A stretch of 63,847 nt of DNA, filler included, from Globobulimina sp. (lineage: Eukaryota), in NCBI GenBank assembly GCA_003354225.1. It is 57 parts of 57 records of this genome, joined end to end, with 100 filler letters (N's around TTAATTAATTAA, not from the genome) between each part and the next. Parts side by side here need not be neighbours in the genome. Positions count along the whole stretch, not along the records: positions 48,254 to 49,274 come from PIVH01025588.1; positions 49,375 to 50,395 come from PIVH01025589.1; positions 50,496 to 51,516 come from PIVH01025590.1; positions 51,617 to 52,637 come from PIVH01025591.1; positions 52,738 to 53,758 come from PIVH01025592.1; positions 53,859 to 54,879 come from PIVH01025593.1; positions 54,980 to 56,000 come from PIVH01025594.1; positions 56,101 to 57,121 come from PIVH01025595.1; 49 more parts are not named here. The stretch is one strand, 5' to 3'. The notes under the pieces were generated by a model. That model did no database searches. It saw nothing but the letters and a program-made list of their open reading frames with translations, and was not told the DNA's origin. Of this stretch, positions 48,591 to 60,834 are shown in pieces (the stretch's first letter is position 1; every line of letters starts with the position of its first letter). A program made the position numbers and the translations under genes.

Positions 48591-48644
48591 AAACTAAAAC
48601 TTTTTTCAATTATAACACATACAAATAAAATAAAAACTGTATAA

Positions 48645-49274
48645 TTATACTTTATTTTTTGCAATGGATTCCATTTCAATATGAGCATCAACAACATTTG
48701 CATTTTCTTTCTCATCATCATTAATTCCATCAACATTTGTCATTCTACGATCATATCCATCAAAATTAATACGAGCATTTGCAATGTTATCCATAATAAA
48801 TGTTCTTCTTTGATTTGGGTCATCATATTTTAATGTTTTTTTTTCCATTAAATATTTCACTTTATTATGAATTGCCAATATATCGTCCTCTTCTTTCTCC
48901 GCATCTCCACTAATTCCCACTACTTCCGCCACGAAATCAGAAGCGATGTTAAAATGTTTAGAAAACATTTTATTAATCGATTTATAATGCGCTTTATATA
49001 ACTCTTTAACATAAATATGTCGGTTTTGCGCTTGAATACCAATAATAAACTGTATAACCATCATATTGACACCATATTGCGTAATACTTGCTTGTTTACC
49101 TATTTCTATGCCGTTTGGTGGCAGCGAAAATATCCCACATAGCCCTAATGCCATTTTCTGTGTTAATCCTTTACAATGCTCAAATTGTTTCTTTTCTTGC
49201 TCTGTGATTGCACAAAATACTGATACCGTCTTTTCATTTAGTTTTGGGAACGCGGGATCAATGATATTGCTCTC
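48645..49274 (-). CDS. Hypothetical protein C-terminus
   Basis: Long open frame ending in a stop followed by an AT-rich 3' region. Confidence 0.5.
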   Translation of the reverse strand, partial: ESNIIDPAFPKLNEKTVSVFCAITEQEKKQFEHCKGLTQKMALGLCGIFSLPPNGIEIGKQASITQYGVNMMVIQFIIGIQAQNRHIYVKELYKAHYKSINKMFSKHFNIASDFVAEVVGISGDAEKEEDDILAIHNKVKYLMEKKTLKYDDPNQRRTFIMDNIANARINFDGYDRRMTNVDGINDDEKENANVVDAHIEMESIAKNKV

Positions 49275-49374
49275 NNNNNNNNNNNNNNNNNNNNNNNNNN
49301 NNNNNNNNNNNNNNNNNNTTAATTAATTAANNNNNNNNNNNNNNNNNNNNNNNNNNNNNNNNNNNNNNNNNNNN

Positions 49375-50395
49375 AGACACCCACGGCATTAAACAGAGCA
49401 ACATAGCCAGAGATCCCCGCCACTGCCAAGGTGCCAATCGATTGACAGTACGTCAACGCACTGAACTCCTTACACATAAAATCCACGGTCTTGTCAAACC
49501 ATTTGCACTTTAAATACCAGGTTCGATCCTTGGTGGCCACATTCACCTTCTTTTTCTTCCTTTTCTTCTCTGCTTTTTTGCGTTTATTATCGTACCATGA
49601 GTCATAATCTGCAAACTGCGTCTCATCGCCACCCAAATCCTCCTCCTCCGCCTCATTCATATCCACGCTGATATGCGTAGTGAAGGCCCATACAAAGATC
49701 ATGCATTGCTTAAAGGCGCTCATATCGTGGGTATTGTCACTGGTGTTGTGATGTTGGGATTGTTGTTGTGCTGCGGCCCGTATTCTGTCCACGTCGTAGA
49801 TTAAAAACTCTTTGTGTATGGTATGGATGGTAGGGATGGAATATAAGACATCGTTATGACTATCAAAGTTACTCACTGTTCCAAATATATTCTCACAGCC
49901 CATGGCTTGCTTAGCTCTCTTTGCCGGCGGCTCATTACTATGATACTTATATTTCTGTCCTTTGTACGGATTTATGATCTCATCTTCTTTATCCTTTTCG
50001 TCCACAGTGATATCATTCTGCTGTATATTGGCCACCGAGGCCTCCAACACCGCACTGACGGAGATATTGGGCCGTGTCACATTGAACTGCTTCGAATACC
50101 GGAGATGTGCCAGTGTCAAATACGGCAAATTGGTCGGAATAAACAACGAGTCTTCAAACTTAATCAAATCTGTCACAATGATATCCTGATTCAACTTATT
50201 CGTCACATTCAATATCTTCTCCTTTTGCTTGGTGATCGTAGTCGAAAACACCAACTCATCGAAGTACATTTCGTACGCGGTGTCCGCCTCTACGCCGATC
50301 CGCATCGGCACCGACAACGTATTCTCGTGTTCCTGTCACAAGCCATACGATTTTAACTCATTCTGAGTCTCCAACTCCTCATCCAACGCTCCTTT
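49375..50395 (-). CDS. Hypothetical protein, internal fragment (possible beta-propeller)
   Basis: More than 330 codons open; acidic and basic tracts; FSALTYCQSIGTLAVAGISGYVALFN is blade-like. Confidence 0.55.
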
Positions 50396-50495
50396 NNNNN
50401 NNNNNNNNNNNNNNNNNNNNNNNNNNNNNNNNNNNNNNNTTAATTAATTAANNNNNNNNNNNNNNNNNNNNNNNNNNNNNNNNNNNNNNNNNNNN

Positions 50496-50698
50496 GAAGC
50501 AGATATAATCGAGGAAGGCACAGAGGATATAATAGAGGATACAGCAGAGGAAGAAGCAGAGGAAGAAGCAGAGGAAGAAGCAGAGGAAGAAGCAGAGGAA
50601 GAGTATATAATCGAGGAAGAAGCAGAGGATACAACAGAGGTGCAAGTTATAATAAACGTGCTGTATATTATTGATTGCATGAACAATAATCTGTATTA
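50496..50698 (+). CDS. Glu-rich (EEEA repeat) protein C-terminus
   Basis: 12-bp gaggaagaagca repeats in a frame reading EADIIEE..EEEAEEEA..NNNLY*. Confidence 0.45.
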
Positions 50699-50807
50699 AT
50701 ATTTTTGTTTAGTAAACAGTTTTTTGTGTTCACTGAATTCGAACCAAATGTGGTTAAATATTTTAATATAAATACAAAAAACATTAATTAACAATTTATC
50801 TATGACT

Positions 50808-51515
50808 CTATGTAAACATTACCAATCCAAGATTATCAAACAATTGATACATTTCTTGAAATATTAAAGGTTTTCGTAAAATAATATGGACACCATATTT
50901 TTTTGATATTTTGAATAATTTTTGACAATTTAAACTATTTGTAACTAGAAATAATAAATTTACTGCCGATTTTACTTTCGGATTTTGAATTAATTTCAAT
51001 GTATTTTCAATCTGTATGATATCATCACTATCAATGAGAATAAGTTCGAAGAAATCTTGAGAAATTACAGTATCAATATTGGGTTCTGTAATTTTATGAA
51101 ATGTAGGTTTGTATCCTAATTTGTAAAAGATTAACTCGACAGATTCGTTAAATCCGGAAGCTGCCGATTCTGTATAGCTGGAGATATATAACAATCTATT
51201 TGTTAACTCAATATTTGAGATTGTTGCCATTGGCGCTGTGTCCGTATTGCACCTATTATATTGTTGTTGGTTCACTTTTTTCCGATGAAACGAATTTTGA
51301 ATGGTTACTTTCAATGATTCTTCAGATTGAATAAATGTAAAGGCTCGAAAAAAGGAATTCATATTATTTTCAATCTCTTTCTCGACATCGTCATTCGAAT
51401 TAAAATAACTGTTTCTTTCATATTTATCCGAAAGGAAACTATATTGTATAACTTTGCGTAGTTTCGTTATTTTGGGCAATAATGCTTTCTCTCGAATGCA
51501 TTTAATATAATGCAG
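50808..51515 (-). CDS. Protein with C-terminal atypical receiver (CheY-like) domain, 5' partial
   Basis: FELILID (Asp site), LFLVT, and G...ILRKPL; the acidic pair after beta-1 is absent. Confidence 0.5.
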   Translation of the reverse strand: MHYIKCIREKALLPKITKLRKVIQYSFLSDKYERNSYFNSNDDVEKEIENNMNSFFRAFTFIQSEESLKVTIQNSFHRKKVNQQQYNRCNTDTAPMATISNIELTNRLLYISSYTESAASGFNESVELIFYKLGYKPTFHKITEPNIDTVISQDFFELILIDSDDIIQIENTLKLIQNPKVKSAVNLLFLVTNSLNCQKLFKISKKYGVHIILRKPLIFQEMYQLFDNLGLVMFT

Positions 51516-51616
51516 TNNNNNNNNNNNNNNNNNNNNNNNNNNNNNNNNNNNNNNNNNNNNTTAATTAATTAANNNNNNNNNNNNNNNNNNNNNNNNNNNN
51601 NNNNNNNNNNNNNNNN

Positions 51617-51975
51617 CACTTACAATTTGTACTAAATCCACAAATGCCTTCCGTACAACAAAGACAATTTCAACAAATTCAACCGATTCATGTGCAACAA
51701 ATACAATCTGCTGCCATTCCGCAACAACAATTTGTTTTAAACCCAGTTAAGTGTTTTAGATGTTTTGTTTTTGTGTGGTTTTACTTTTACACAACATAAT
51801 GCACAGAGTGCTGCATCGTTGCCCAATATGATTGCAAATAAGAATAAGAATGTCACATTTCCAAAGAGTGTGAATCGTAATCATAATAACAATAACAGTG
51901 AGTTAATGGATGACGATTTAAACACTGCGGCTGCGTTGCTGGCAAGTTTAAAACATAAAATTACGCCCAAAATGG
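51617..51975 (+). CDS. Eukaryotic Gln-rich protein fragment; intron 51746-51806
   Basis: Q-rich exon joined in frame (VLNP/SAASL) by a GTTAAGT..CACAG intron. Confidence 0.55.
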
Positions 51976-52240
51976 AACCGAAATGTTAAAGTATTTGCCA
52001 AATGGTTACCAGACAATTCTAATAAACAGAGGACATGCGGATATAGGAATGGATGAGCCAAAGGCCTACTACCACATGATAAATACATTTTTGCAAACAG
52101 GAGAATTCGATGATTCAGGATTTACTGAAGTTCCAATAGATTTTAGTTCCCCAAAAAATTCATTTCAAAAAATGGGAAAAAGATTTTATATAATTAAGAA
52201 ATTACATTTAACTGGACTTGTAATGAAATTTATGCAATAA
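51975..52240 (+). CDS. Bacterial alpha/beta hydrolase C-terminus
   Basis: LKYLPNG..IL...GH.D..INTFLQTGEFDDS. Confidence 0.55.
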
Positions 52241-52404
52241 GTGTAGTAATTCAAAATTTATCATATTCATAGTTAATAGTTTTGGGACTATAAATCCATA
52301 ACATAGAATCTTAGAGCACTATTTTTTTTGGAAATTGGTTATTGTGTGCAAATTACTATTTCGTAAATTGCCCTGCCAATTGATATTAACAAGAATCTAT
52401 ATTT

Positions 52405-52637
52405 ATGAGAACTATTGATTTGAAAACCTGGAAAAGGAAAGAGCATTTTGATTTTTTCACTCAATTTGATGAACCTTTTTCAGGTATTGTTACTGAAGTT
52501 GATTGTACAATAGCACGAAATACGGCTAAAAAAAAGAATGGCTCCTTTTTTTCATATTATTTACATAAATCGTTGTTAGCTGTTAATCAAATTGAAGAGT
52601 TTCAATATCGTATTCATGAAAATAGGGTTGTGGTTTA
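52405..52637 (+). CDS. cat: CatA-family chloramphenicol/O-acetyltransferase, 3' partial (Bacteroidota-like)
   Basis: IDLKTWKRKEHFDFF..FDEPF..EVDCT..SFF.YYLHKSL.AVN.IEEF.YRI; no Shine-Dalgarno sequence upstream. Confidence 0.88.
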
Positions 52638-52737
52638 NNNNNNNNNNNNNNNNNNNNNNNNNNNNNNNNNNNNNNNNNNNNTTAATTAATTAANNNNNNN
52701 NNNNNNNNNNNNNNNNNNNNNNNNNNNNNNNNNNNNN

Positions 52738-52982
52738 TGCTTATAATCAATAGTATTAAGTCCATATTGTTTAGGTTTGATGTGGCCACATATTATATTT
52801 ACTTGAATCATGAATCGCGTCGCTTCTTTTTTTGTCAAATACAGATTGTTTATCAACATTTTGATATTTCTCAGTTTCAATTTCCCCAAATCAGCAAGCG
52901 ATTGTACACCATATTGAATTAATTGTTGATACACAATATTGTCAAAACTTAATCTGCAACACCACTGTTTCAAATCTTCCAT
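52738..52982 (-). CDS. SAM-domain-like protein, N-terminal fragment
   Basis: LKQWC..L....Y..L...GVQSLADL..L....I..L. Confidence 0.45.
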
Positions 52983-53024
52983 ATTTAAAAAACGTTTCTG
53001 TATTTTCTAAGTAGTTAACAATTT

Positions 53025-53758
53025 ATGCGTCACAAGTACCAAAAGTTCCCCAAAGGGCCAGAAGAAAACAGAAAATTTATAATCAAGATCGTATCAGAAG
53101 ATTTTACATTAATTACTACATCCGATGTCATTCTTTATTTTTATTTCCAACAAAGACTATTCCATCCAAATGAAGTCGAAATGATTGAGTTGATGCCCAA
53201 CCAGGATATAAAATTAATATTCCAACTTCAAGAATTAGCGTTGATGTTTTTTTTGAAATGCTTCTATGCAAAGACTCAGCACAATAACAACGATTTTGAC
53301 CTTCAAAATGTACCAAACAAAATAGCCCAATTCAATAAAAGCAAATATGTTTATCGCAATGCCTTTGCATTGAATGCCTGCGTGTTACAGAGGCCAATCC
53401 ATACGGACTTAGACACAGCACGCACCCGAACAAAATCGCGATGTATCTCGCGTTGGAATGGCGTCGTTTCAATGAATATGCGCAGTCCCGGTTTCGTTTC
53501 TTTTTTTGTTTACGAGCAGCCATACTCAGACCCACGAAATAAAAACCATCCCTTATATCAATTGCCACCTCCAATTGTTGAAAAATTTGAACTTTCGTAC
53601 GAAAATGTGGAAAATTATATTATCGAGGAAAGTGCAGATTGTCTGGTTATCGACTTTTCACTTTGCAAACTACCAACTTTTCATCAATATGGATTTATTG
53701 CGACGGAAATTAAGAGTGATACAGAACGGCTGCGTAAAAAATATGATTCCTATGATGA
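53025..53758 (+). CDS. Hypothetical protein fragment
   Basis: ~245 open codons; no recognisable motif. Confidence 0.45.
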
Positions 53759-54074
53759 NNNNNNNNNNNNNNNNNNNNNNNNNNNNNNNNNNNNNNNNNN
53801 NNTTAATTAATTAANNNNNNNNNNNNNNNNNNNNNNNNNNNNNNNNNNNNNNNNNNNNTTTATCTTTGTGTTTGTCTTTGTGATTGGATGAACTGTGTGT
53901 TTCTCCAAACTATATTTTTATAACATATCTATGTACAGATACAATTTTGTTATATTATTCCCTTTTTCTTTTTCTTTTACTTTTGATTGCTTTGAATTGT
54001 ACTGTGTCATATTTATTGCTAAGCTTTTGTGTTTTCACAATAGTTTATGTTAAATTCATCTAATCTAATCTAAT

Positions 54075-54533
54075 CTAATCTAATCGCTCAATAAAATCAG
54101 CCAAAAGTTTATGCTTTTTTCTGAGTTGCAGGTTCGAGTCATTTCCTGTTATATTCATGTAATAAAAGATGTCATCAATAAAATGCCCGTCCTCGTCCTC
54201 GTCCTCGTCATCCTCATTCTTCTGGTCCTCCTCCTGCTGCGGGTTATTCTTCTGATCATCCTCCTCCTGGTCCTCATCATCTGCAGCACCTACGACATTT
54301 ACAGCAGCAGCGGCATTTGCGAGATTGGAAGCAGCGGCATTTGAGAGATTGGGGGCAACCGCCTTTGCGACATTGGCAATATTTGCGATATTCTCCTCAT
54401 TCTCACTATCAGTATCACTATCAGTGTCAACAGCCATCATACAGCGGTTACGGTTATCCCGACTTTTTCTTTTTCGATGGTGAGTGACCTCAAGATACGG
54501 CAAAAGACTAAACCGTCGACCATATTTTGCCAA
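54075..54533 (-). CDS. Acidic low-complexity hypothetical protein C-terminus
   Basis: D/E- and A/N-rich ORF ending within a TCTAA microsatellite. Confidence 0.35.
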   Translation of the reverse strand: MAKYGRRFSLLPYLEVTHHRKRKSRDNRNRCMMAVDTDSDTDSENEENIANIANVAKAVAPNLSNAAASNLANAAAAVNVVGAADDEDQEEDDQKNNPQQEEDQKNEDDEDEDEDGHFIDDIFYYMNITGNDSNLQLRKKHKLLADFIERLD

Positions 54534-56175
54534 TTAAATTCATTAAAAAATTTGCGCACATGCAGGCTATCCAACATATAGCCAAGCACTGATATCAAAG
54601 GACACGCAACGACATCATACCCTTCGAATAGTTCCATTTGAAAAAGTCATTGTTACCTCACAATTCCATTCCTTCTGTTTTGTGTCTGTTTTGAAATTAT
54701 TTGTTTGTTTATATTTTACCAAATCGTCTCGGTGAGACTCACTTCCCTTTTTAATTGCATCGATATGTCACACATATGACAGGTGCCTTTATCCCAAAAA
54801 TAAATTTTGAAAAAAATAGCGCCTTTACCTTTCTGGCGACCTGGCTTGCCTTCGTTAAATATCCCATCAATTTGAGCAANNNNNNNNNNNNNNNNNNNNN
54901 NNNNNNNNNNNNNNNNNNNNNNNTTAATTAATTAANNNNNNNNNNNNNNNNNNNNNNNNNNNNNNNNNNNNNNNNNNNNATGATGGTGATGAATACTGAT
55001 GATGAAGATGTGAGATGTCATATGAATATTCATCATATCCATCATAATCCTCATGTTTTTCTCATCTATTCGATAGTATGATGATGTATGGTGCACTTCA
55101 TGATATTTTTCATCATTTATTCCAATTACAAAAATTCAAACAAATATAATTAAATCTTAATTTTTTTTTAACAAATATTTAGAACACCGTTTGAACTTTA
55201 TTGAACAACTGGTTTTAATGTGGTTAAGCACGTTCTTAATGATTTTGATGGAAGTTAAACAAAACACAGAGTAAGGTTTGGTTTTAAAATGCAAGTCTTC
55301 ACCTGTTATAATTAGTTGACGCTAACTTGCGTGTATTGTTAGCCAGAGCAAATTGCTGCAAATGCGGTTGTGTGTAGCACAAATCACCAAAAATGTTTAA
55401 CGCGATTTTATGTAATATATTATAAATCTCTTGTGTTTTTAACACAACAGTTGAATAATTATATATATTGTTTGACTGCATATCTTCATTATTAATAGGC
55501 GGTTTATACACCATTACTGATTTGCCAGTACAATAATCACTTTGGCCATCATTGGTTGCTAATTTCATGCATTGATTATCGCCAAGGTGTTGTTGAATTT
55601 GATCAAGTGAGTATATATATATCTCTGATATGATCTGAATTTTAAACGCATGTTTGTTATCGAAATTGTAGTATAACCGTAGCGGTAAAGAGATTGAGAA
55701 ATCGGCATCATTCCTCGCATTGCTAATGATTAGATTGACAGGAAAAGTAAAACTAAAATTTTGGTAGCAGATTAGTGAACACCGTTTAATTTTGCAGATA
55801 TTACAGTTAATTAACCCGGGGGACCTTCAAAATATGTTTGATGTCGAATCAAATGGGGGAGGTTTATCTAACACACTTATATAAAAATGAAACAAAACAG
55901 ATTCATTTTTTATGCAAATTACAAACATCCTCCAAAGCATTTAAAACATGGTCAGCATATTGTTCTTTTTCATGTCCATACCACACATCAATCTTAAACA
56001 NNNNNNNNNNNNNNNNNNNNNNNNNNNNNNNNNNNNNNNNNNNNTTAATTAATTAANNNNNNNNNNNNNNNNNNNNNNNNNNNNNNNNNNNNNNNNNNNN
56101 GATATTTCTCAACTATTTTATATGCTGTATTGTTATGATATAGATACATAGACACAGTTCATCACAATACAGCAT

Positions 56176-56841
56176 ATGTCATCAATGTACGTTGTACTGT
56201 CACACTTGAAAAAAAAGGGTCTTCTTTCATTGGATGATCCGTTATGCAAATACTGGCCGGAATTTGCACAAAATGGTAAAGAGACAATAACAGTTCGTGA
56301 TGTATGCTCCCATCAATCCGGATGTTGTATCACTTCTGACGTTAAACCTGAGCAACCACCCAATTATAACCAAGTTATAAAATCATTAGATCTAGAAAGC
56401 ATGAAACCGAATTTTACTCCGAAAAAAGGTGTGGCATATCACACATTTACAATTGGTTATTTTGTAAATGAAATTACAAAACGTTTATCAAATATGAGTG
56501 CCTTGCAATATTTTTAAAAATATATTCGAGAGCCATTAGGCATAAAAACAACAGAATTAAATTTCGTAAATGCAACACCAAATTCCTCATTGTATTGCCA
56601 GATATTGGACTGTAAAATATCTGTATCATTGAGTCATTTTGCATGTGATGATAATGCCAATAAATTATTGAATGGTAAAGGCGTGTTTAGTGCTGGAATA
56701 GGACAAAGTTTTGCTTTTTTAAATGAAGAAGAAAATATTGCGATTGGTTATTGTCCATCGAGAGCCCATAAAGGATTGATCCCTCCGCATGCAGAATGGA
56801 TTGCAAATGACCTATTTCCTGCAATCAAATCAGTCTTATAA
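56176..56841 (+). pseudogene. Beta-lactamase-family serine hydrolase, degraded
   Basis: LDDPLCKYWPEFAQNGKETITVRD..SHQSG, YH, EPLG. In-frame TAA at 56515-56517, no SxxK seen, middle of the domain appears missing. Confidence 0.75.
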
Positions 56842-57221
56842 TTCTTGTAAATTATGTTGTGTTTTCTACATAATTTGTTTCGATGCCACATCTAAAAAAA
56901 CAGTGCAAAGTAATTCATAAAAACAGTGCAAAATTAAATTAAACAATGTGTGAGCAGTGTGAGCATATAATTTATATTAATCCGGCCTGCTGTAAGCTTG
57001 TACTAATTATCGTGTGCTGTGCATCATGAAATATCTTTGTCATTAACGTAATATCTGTACCATTTACGCAATCCGGATAAATATTTCTACTTTCATTGGC
57101 ATTCAACGCTAAAAATTTGCGNNNNNNNNNNNNNNNNNNNNNNNNNNNNNNNNNNNNNNNNNNNNTTAATTAATTAANNNNNNNNNNNNNNNNNNNNNNN
57201 NNNNNNNNNNNNNNNNNNNNN

Positions 57222-57327
57222 TGGTGACAATGTTGGTTGAGGTTTATCCCGGGCGACCACCGCTGGTGACATGGTGGTCGAGATTTATTTATGACGGGGC
57301 TTGGTGACAAAGTTGGTAGAGGTTTAT
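57222..57327 (+). repeat. Three ~26-bp degenerate direct repeats with short unique spacers
   Basis: tggtgacaa.gttggt.gaggtttat at 57222, 57264 and 57302. Confidence 0.65.
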
Positions 57328-58342
57328 TTGAACCAAAGCCTAAGAGGAATGTGGTCCAAGTTAGCCTAAGGTGAAGGTGACAGTTTCCCATTCAAAATCA
57401 TGCCCAAGTTGAGTTTAAAAATTTGATCATATATTGATCATATATTTTGATAATATATTTAAAAAATATATATATATTATCCCTTGACAGGTCCACCATT
57501 TATTCAATATATTAGCAGTATTTTTTTTTTAAGGAGACGGAAAACAATGCTTTAGAATTTGTGTTAATTAAAGTCGGGGGTTGGCATCTCTTCTGCTTGT
57601 CTCCTTAAAGGATTTAACGGCCAACACTTCCCCCCAACAATACCACATACATAACAATATTAACAATCACAAAAAATAATAAAAAACCAAATAAAATAAT
57701 AAAATAAAATATAAAAAAACAATAAAATACAATCATAAGATATGGATTGGAAAAATAAAAAACTACACAAAGCGGTGTAGAACCCAAAAATCATAATTTT
57801 ATGTCTTTATGTCTGGTGTGTTATTTCATTACTTACTCAAGGCATTGCTGTTAATTCTCTGGATTTTTTATGGATATGATGAAATGACCACCATTGTGGT
57901 GATTCAGTACACTTTTCGGTTATATTATTCTTCTGTGGATACTGTCTTTTTTTGATATTAGCTACATATGGTATTTTTTGTTATCTACGCAAAAAGCTAG
58001 ACATTGCCTTGCAGCATGTCTATATTTGCGCTGAAGTAATTGATGAACAAGAAGGATTAAATGATAATATTGAAAAGAATGCTTCTTTAATTAGAAAAAC
58101 TTTAATTATTAGTGAGGCACAAACTGAAGATCCAGTATTGTCTGTACTTAAAAAAATTAAAGAAAAAATTTCATTTCAAAGCACTAGTCCACAAAATAAT
58201 TCTAAAATAAATAAAGAACCTAACTCTGAATTAATCAATGAANNNNNNNNNNNNNNNNNNNNNNNNNNNNNNNNNNNNNNNNNNNNTTAATTAATTAANN
58301 NNNNNNNNNNNNNNNNNNNNNNNNNNNNNNNNNNNNNNNNNN

Positions 58343-58995
58343 GGACTAAAAGCATAATGAAAATATGTCACTTTCATTATTCGCAAGCGCTAACAACAAA
58401 CATTGGAGCAAAGGGATTGAAAACATATTATCAATCCAATGGTAAACAATTTGATGTGAATTTTTATTATCACCATAGATATTATTATTCTCTTGCTATG
58501 TTACCGCCAGTGTTGGTACCAAGAGCATGGAATTTGGTCGCTGATCGGCGGTTGGCTGTGGCAGGAAAATGTGCACAGAAAAGCAAAGAATTTATGGATT
58601 ATCATCGGAAAGAATATATGAAGTCTGGTGAGTATATTATGGAATGGAACCATTATAGGAATTATGTTCGGACAAATAATCAATTGGAAAATACAAATGG
58701 GAAAATCAATAAATCATTTGGAAGTCATCCGTTTTTATATAATTTCCAATACAAATTGGCCGAATATTATAATGACGGTTTGATTGAATATCAACAATAT
58801 AAACGACATGGAGTTACAAATAAAAGACATAAAAAAGAGATATTAAAGAATAAATTATTGGAAAAATGTTGGGATTTTATTGATTCGAATCAAACGAATG
58901 AGGATATTTTGATATTTTTGAAATATGCGTCAATTGCATTGAAAGGGAAACCAGAATTAATTGCAAATATCTTGAAAAGAAAAACTTTAAAATGA
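58343..58995 (+). mobile_element. Mutator-like (MULE) DDE transposase, C-terminal half
   Basis: CHFHYSQA (CxxH), LAMLP..V..AW, F.DY...Y, WNHY..RTNNQLE.N (catalytic Glu), HP.LY.F. Confidence 0.85.
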
Positions 58996-59463
58996 TAAAA
59001 AAAACTTGTCTCTCAATCACTTCTTTCCTCTCCAGAATTACCATGGTCCATTAAATTAAATTATTAAATCCATTAAAATTATTAAATTGGATATTAAATT
59101 ATGTTGGAATCCATTAAAATTATTAAATTGATATTAAATCCTAATTTAATCAAATCCAATTAATTTAATAAAATGTGTAATATTGGTTAATATTGTATTT
59201 GATTAATATTTGAGTGCTTGGAAGGAACATTCATCATGTACTCTGTATAAAAGTTATTACTTTCAATGCTAACATCATATTTTTTTTTCTTTCTCTGTTT
59301 TTGCAGCATTGGAAAAAAAATATTCAATATAAACGTTGGTTAAATCATATATTTCATAACCGANNNNNNNNNNNNNNNNNNNNNNNNNNNNNNNNNNNNN
59401 NNNNNNNTTAATTAATTAANNNNNNNNNNNNNNNNNNNNNNNNNNNNNNNNNNNNNNNNNNNN

Positions 59464-60404
59464 GATCCCCTTTGACTACCATTATGATATCCTTGATGAG
59501 CTCTCTGCCCATTGAATCTGCCATATCCATTGCTATTACCGTTTCCTCTTCTTCCATTTCCACGATAGCCATTATTGTTGTAATGATTTCCTGAGGCATC
59601 TCGACCTTCCTTCATCAACTGCGCTTTCGTAATAGTCATCTCTTGTATCTGCCGAAATGTCTTTTCTCCTTGATCCGCTCCCATGGTAGTGACCATTTTC
59701 TCTCGAACATCTCGTCTTATCATTCGTAACCATGTAGCTTTCTCGATATCCTGTAATGTTGTCCGATTGTACATCTTCTGATAACGTTGTAATGCATCGA
59801 CCATTGATTCATCTTCTTCTTGATTCATCTCCATTATCTGGAGTGCCGCCAATGTTGGGGTTATGATTGGTCTGACCAATGGTCTCATACGATCGACTGC
59901 GTCTTGATACGTCCGTCTCTGATCGGCGGGGATTGACACAAATGCTTCTATTGCATTCCCTTCTAGATTCCTTCTTAACACATCGATCTGCGGTTCACCC
60001 GTCTTCGTTGAATATGTCACTACGCTGACCAACCAAGCGTCGAAGTCTTCAGAGTCCTTTGCGTCGTCTGCATAGAACATCTTCGGCGGCGGGATATGAG
60101 CTGTCATTTGTACTCTTCCTTGTCGGTCGTTTATTTGTCCAATCAACAATGCCATTTCTTGACGGTTTGCTTCGTCCCTCTGCCGGTTTTCTTGATCCCT
60201 TCGTTCATCTCTTCGTTCCATTCGTTCATCTCTTCGTTCCATTCGTTGCATGAATGCCAATAGTCTATCATCGTTGTTGTGTCCTTGTTGATATGATGAT
60301 TTTCCAATGATAGGTGTCTCTTCTTCGTGTTCTTCCTCATCGCTCTCTTGTGGACTGTTGTCTGTCGATCGGGATTGTGTCATTGCTCGTCTTGTTTTTA
60401 CCAT
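59464..60404 (-). mobile_element. LTR retrotransposon gag (Ty3/Gypsy-like), 3' partial
   Basis: Coiled coil, P..F...DF..WL, L.G.A, Q...ES..Y capsid-like motifs, then an RG/N-rich tract; PBS upstream. Confidence 0.7.
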
Positions 60405-60450
60405 GCTTGAGATTCGGTAGAAGATCTGTTGATCGGATCGTGTCCCGTTG

Positions 60451-60468
60451 TTCTCCACCAAAACTGTA
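60451..60468 (-). other. LTR 3' end (..TACA) and tRNA-Ala-type primer binding site TGGTGGAGAA
   Basis: Minus strand ccctACA gttt TGGTGGAGAA, ~47 nt upstream of the gag ATG. Confidence 0.7.
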
Positions 60469-60834
60469 GGGTTTGAGGCGAATGNNNNNNNNNNNNNNNN
60501 NNNNNNNNNNNNNNNNNNNNNNNNNNNNTTAATTAATTAANNNNNNNNNNNNNNNNNNNNNNNNNNNNNNNNNNNNNNNNNNNNATTGCATTCTCATTAT
60601 TGAAAGGATACACATTTTAATATGTTCGATGCAACACAAAAAAAACATGTGTGAAAGTGCAAGGATTATGTGATATTTTTTGTGAATGTTTATTTGTTTT
60701 TTGCAATATCTGCTATGGGTGCTTATATAAGTCATGTTACACATTCTTGTTAAGATTCTGTAATATAAAAAAAATGAAAATACTTATTGAACTGATTGCA
60801 TTTTTGAGAACTGTTCGATAAGTTTTTGAAAAAA

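Noticed and set aside
50440-50686. Minus-strand LLLP, SSSA and CFFL repeat ORFs
   Set aside because: Antisense shadows of the plus-strand 12-bp EEEA repeat.
55200-55800. Possible decayed LINE endonuclease (SDH-like motif)
   Set aside because: Motif pieces lie in different frames and could be chance.
33996-56517. Stop-codon reassignment (TAA as sense) suggested by in-frame TAA at 33996 and 56515
   Set aside because: TAA ends intact genes here (hslV, 37093-37848) and also ends the 56176-56841 frame itself, which is otherwise degraded. Long conserved ORFs have no internal TAA.
57222-57327. CRISPR-like repeat-spacer pattern
   Set aside because: Only three degenerate repeats, spacers of 13-16 nt, no cas gene, eukaryotic context.
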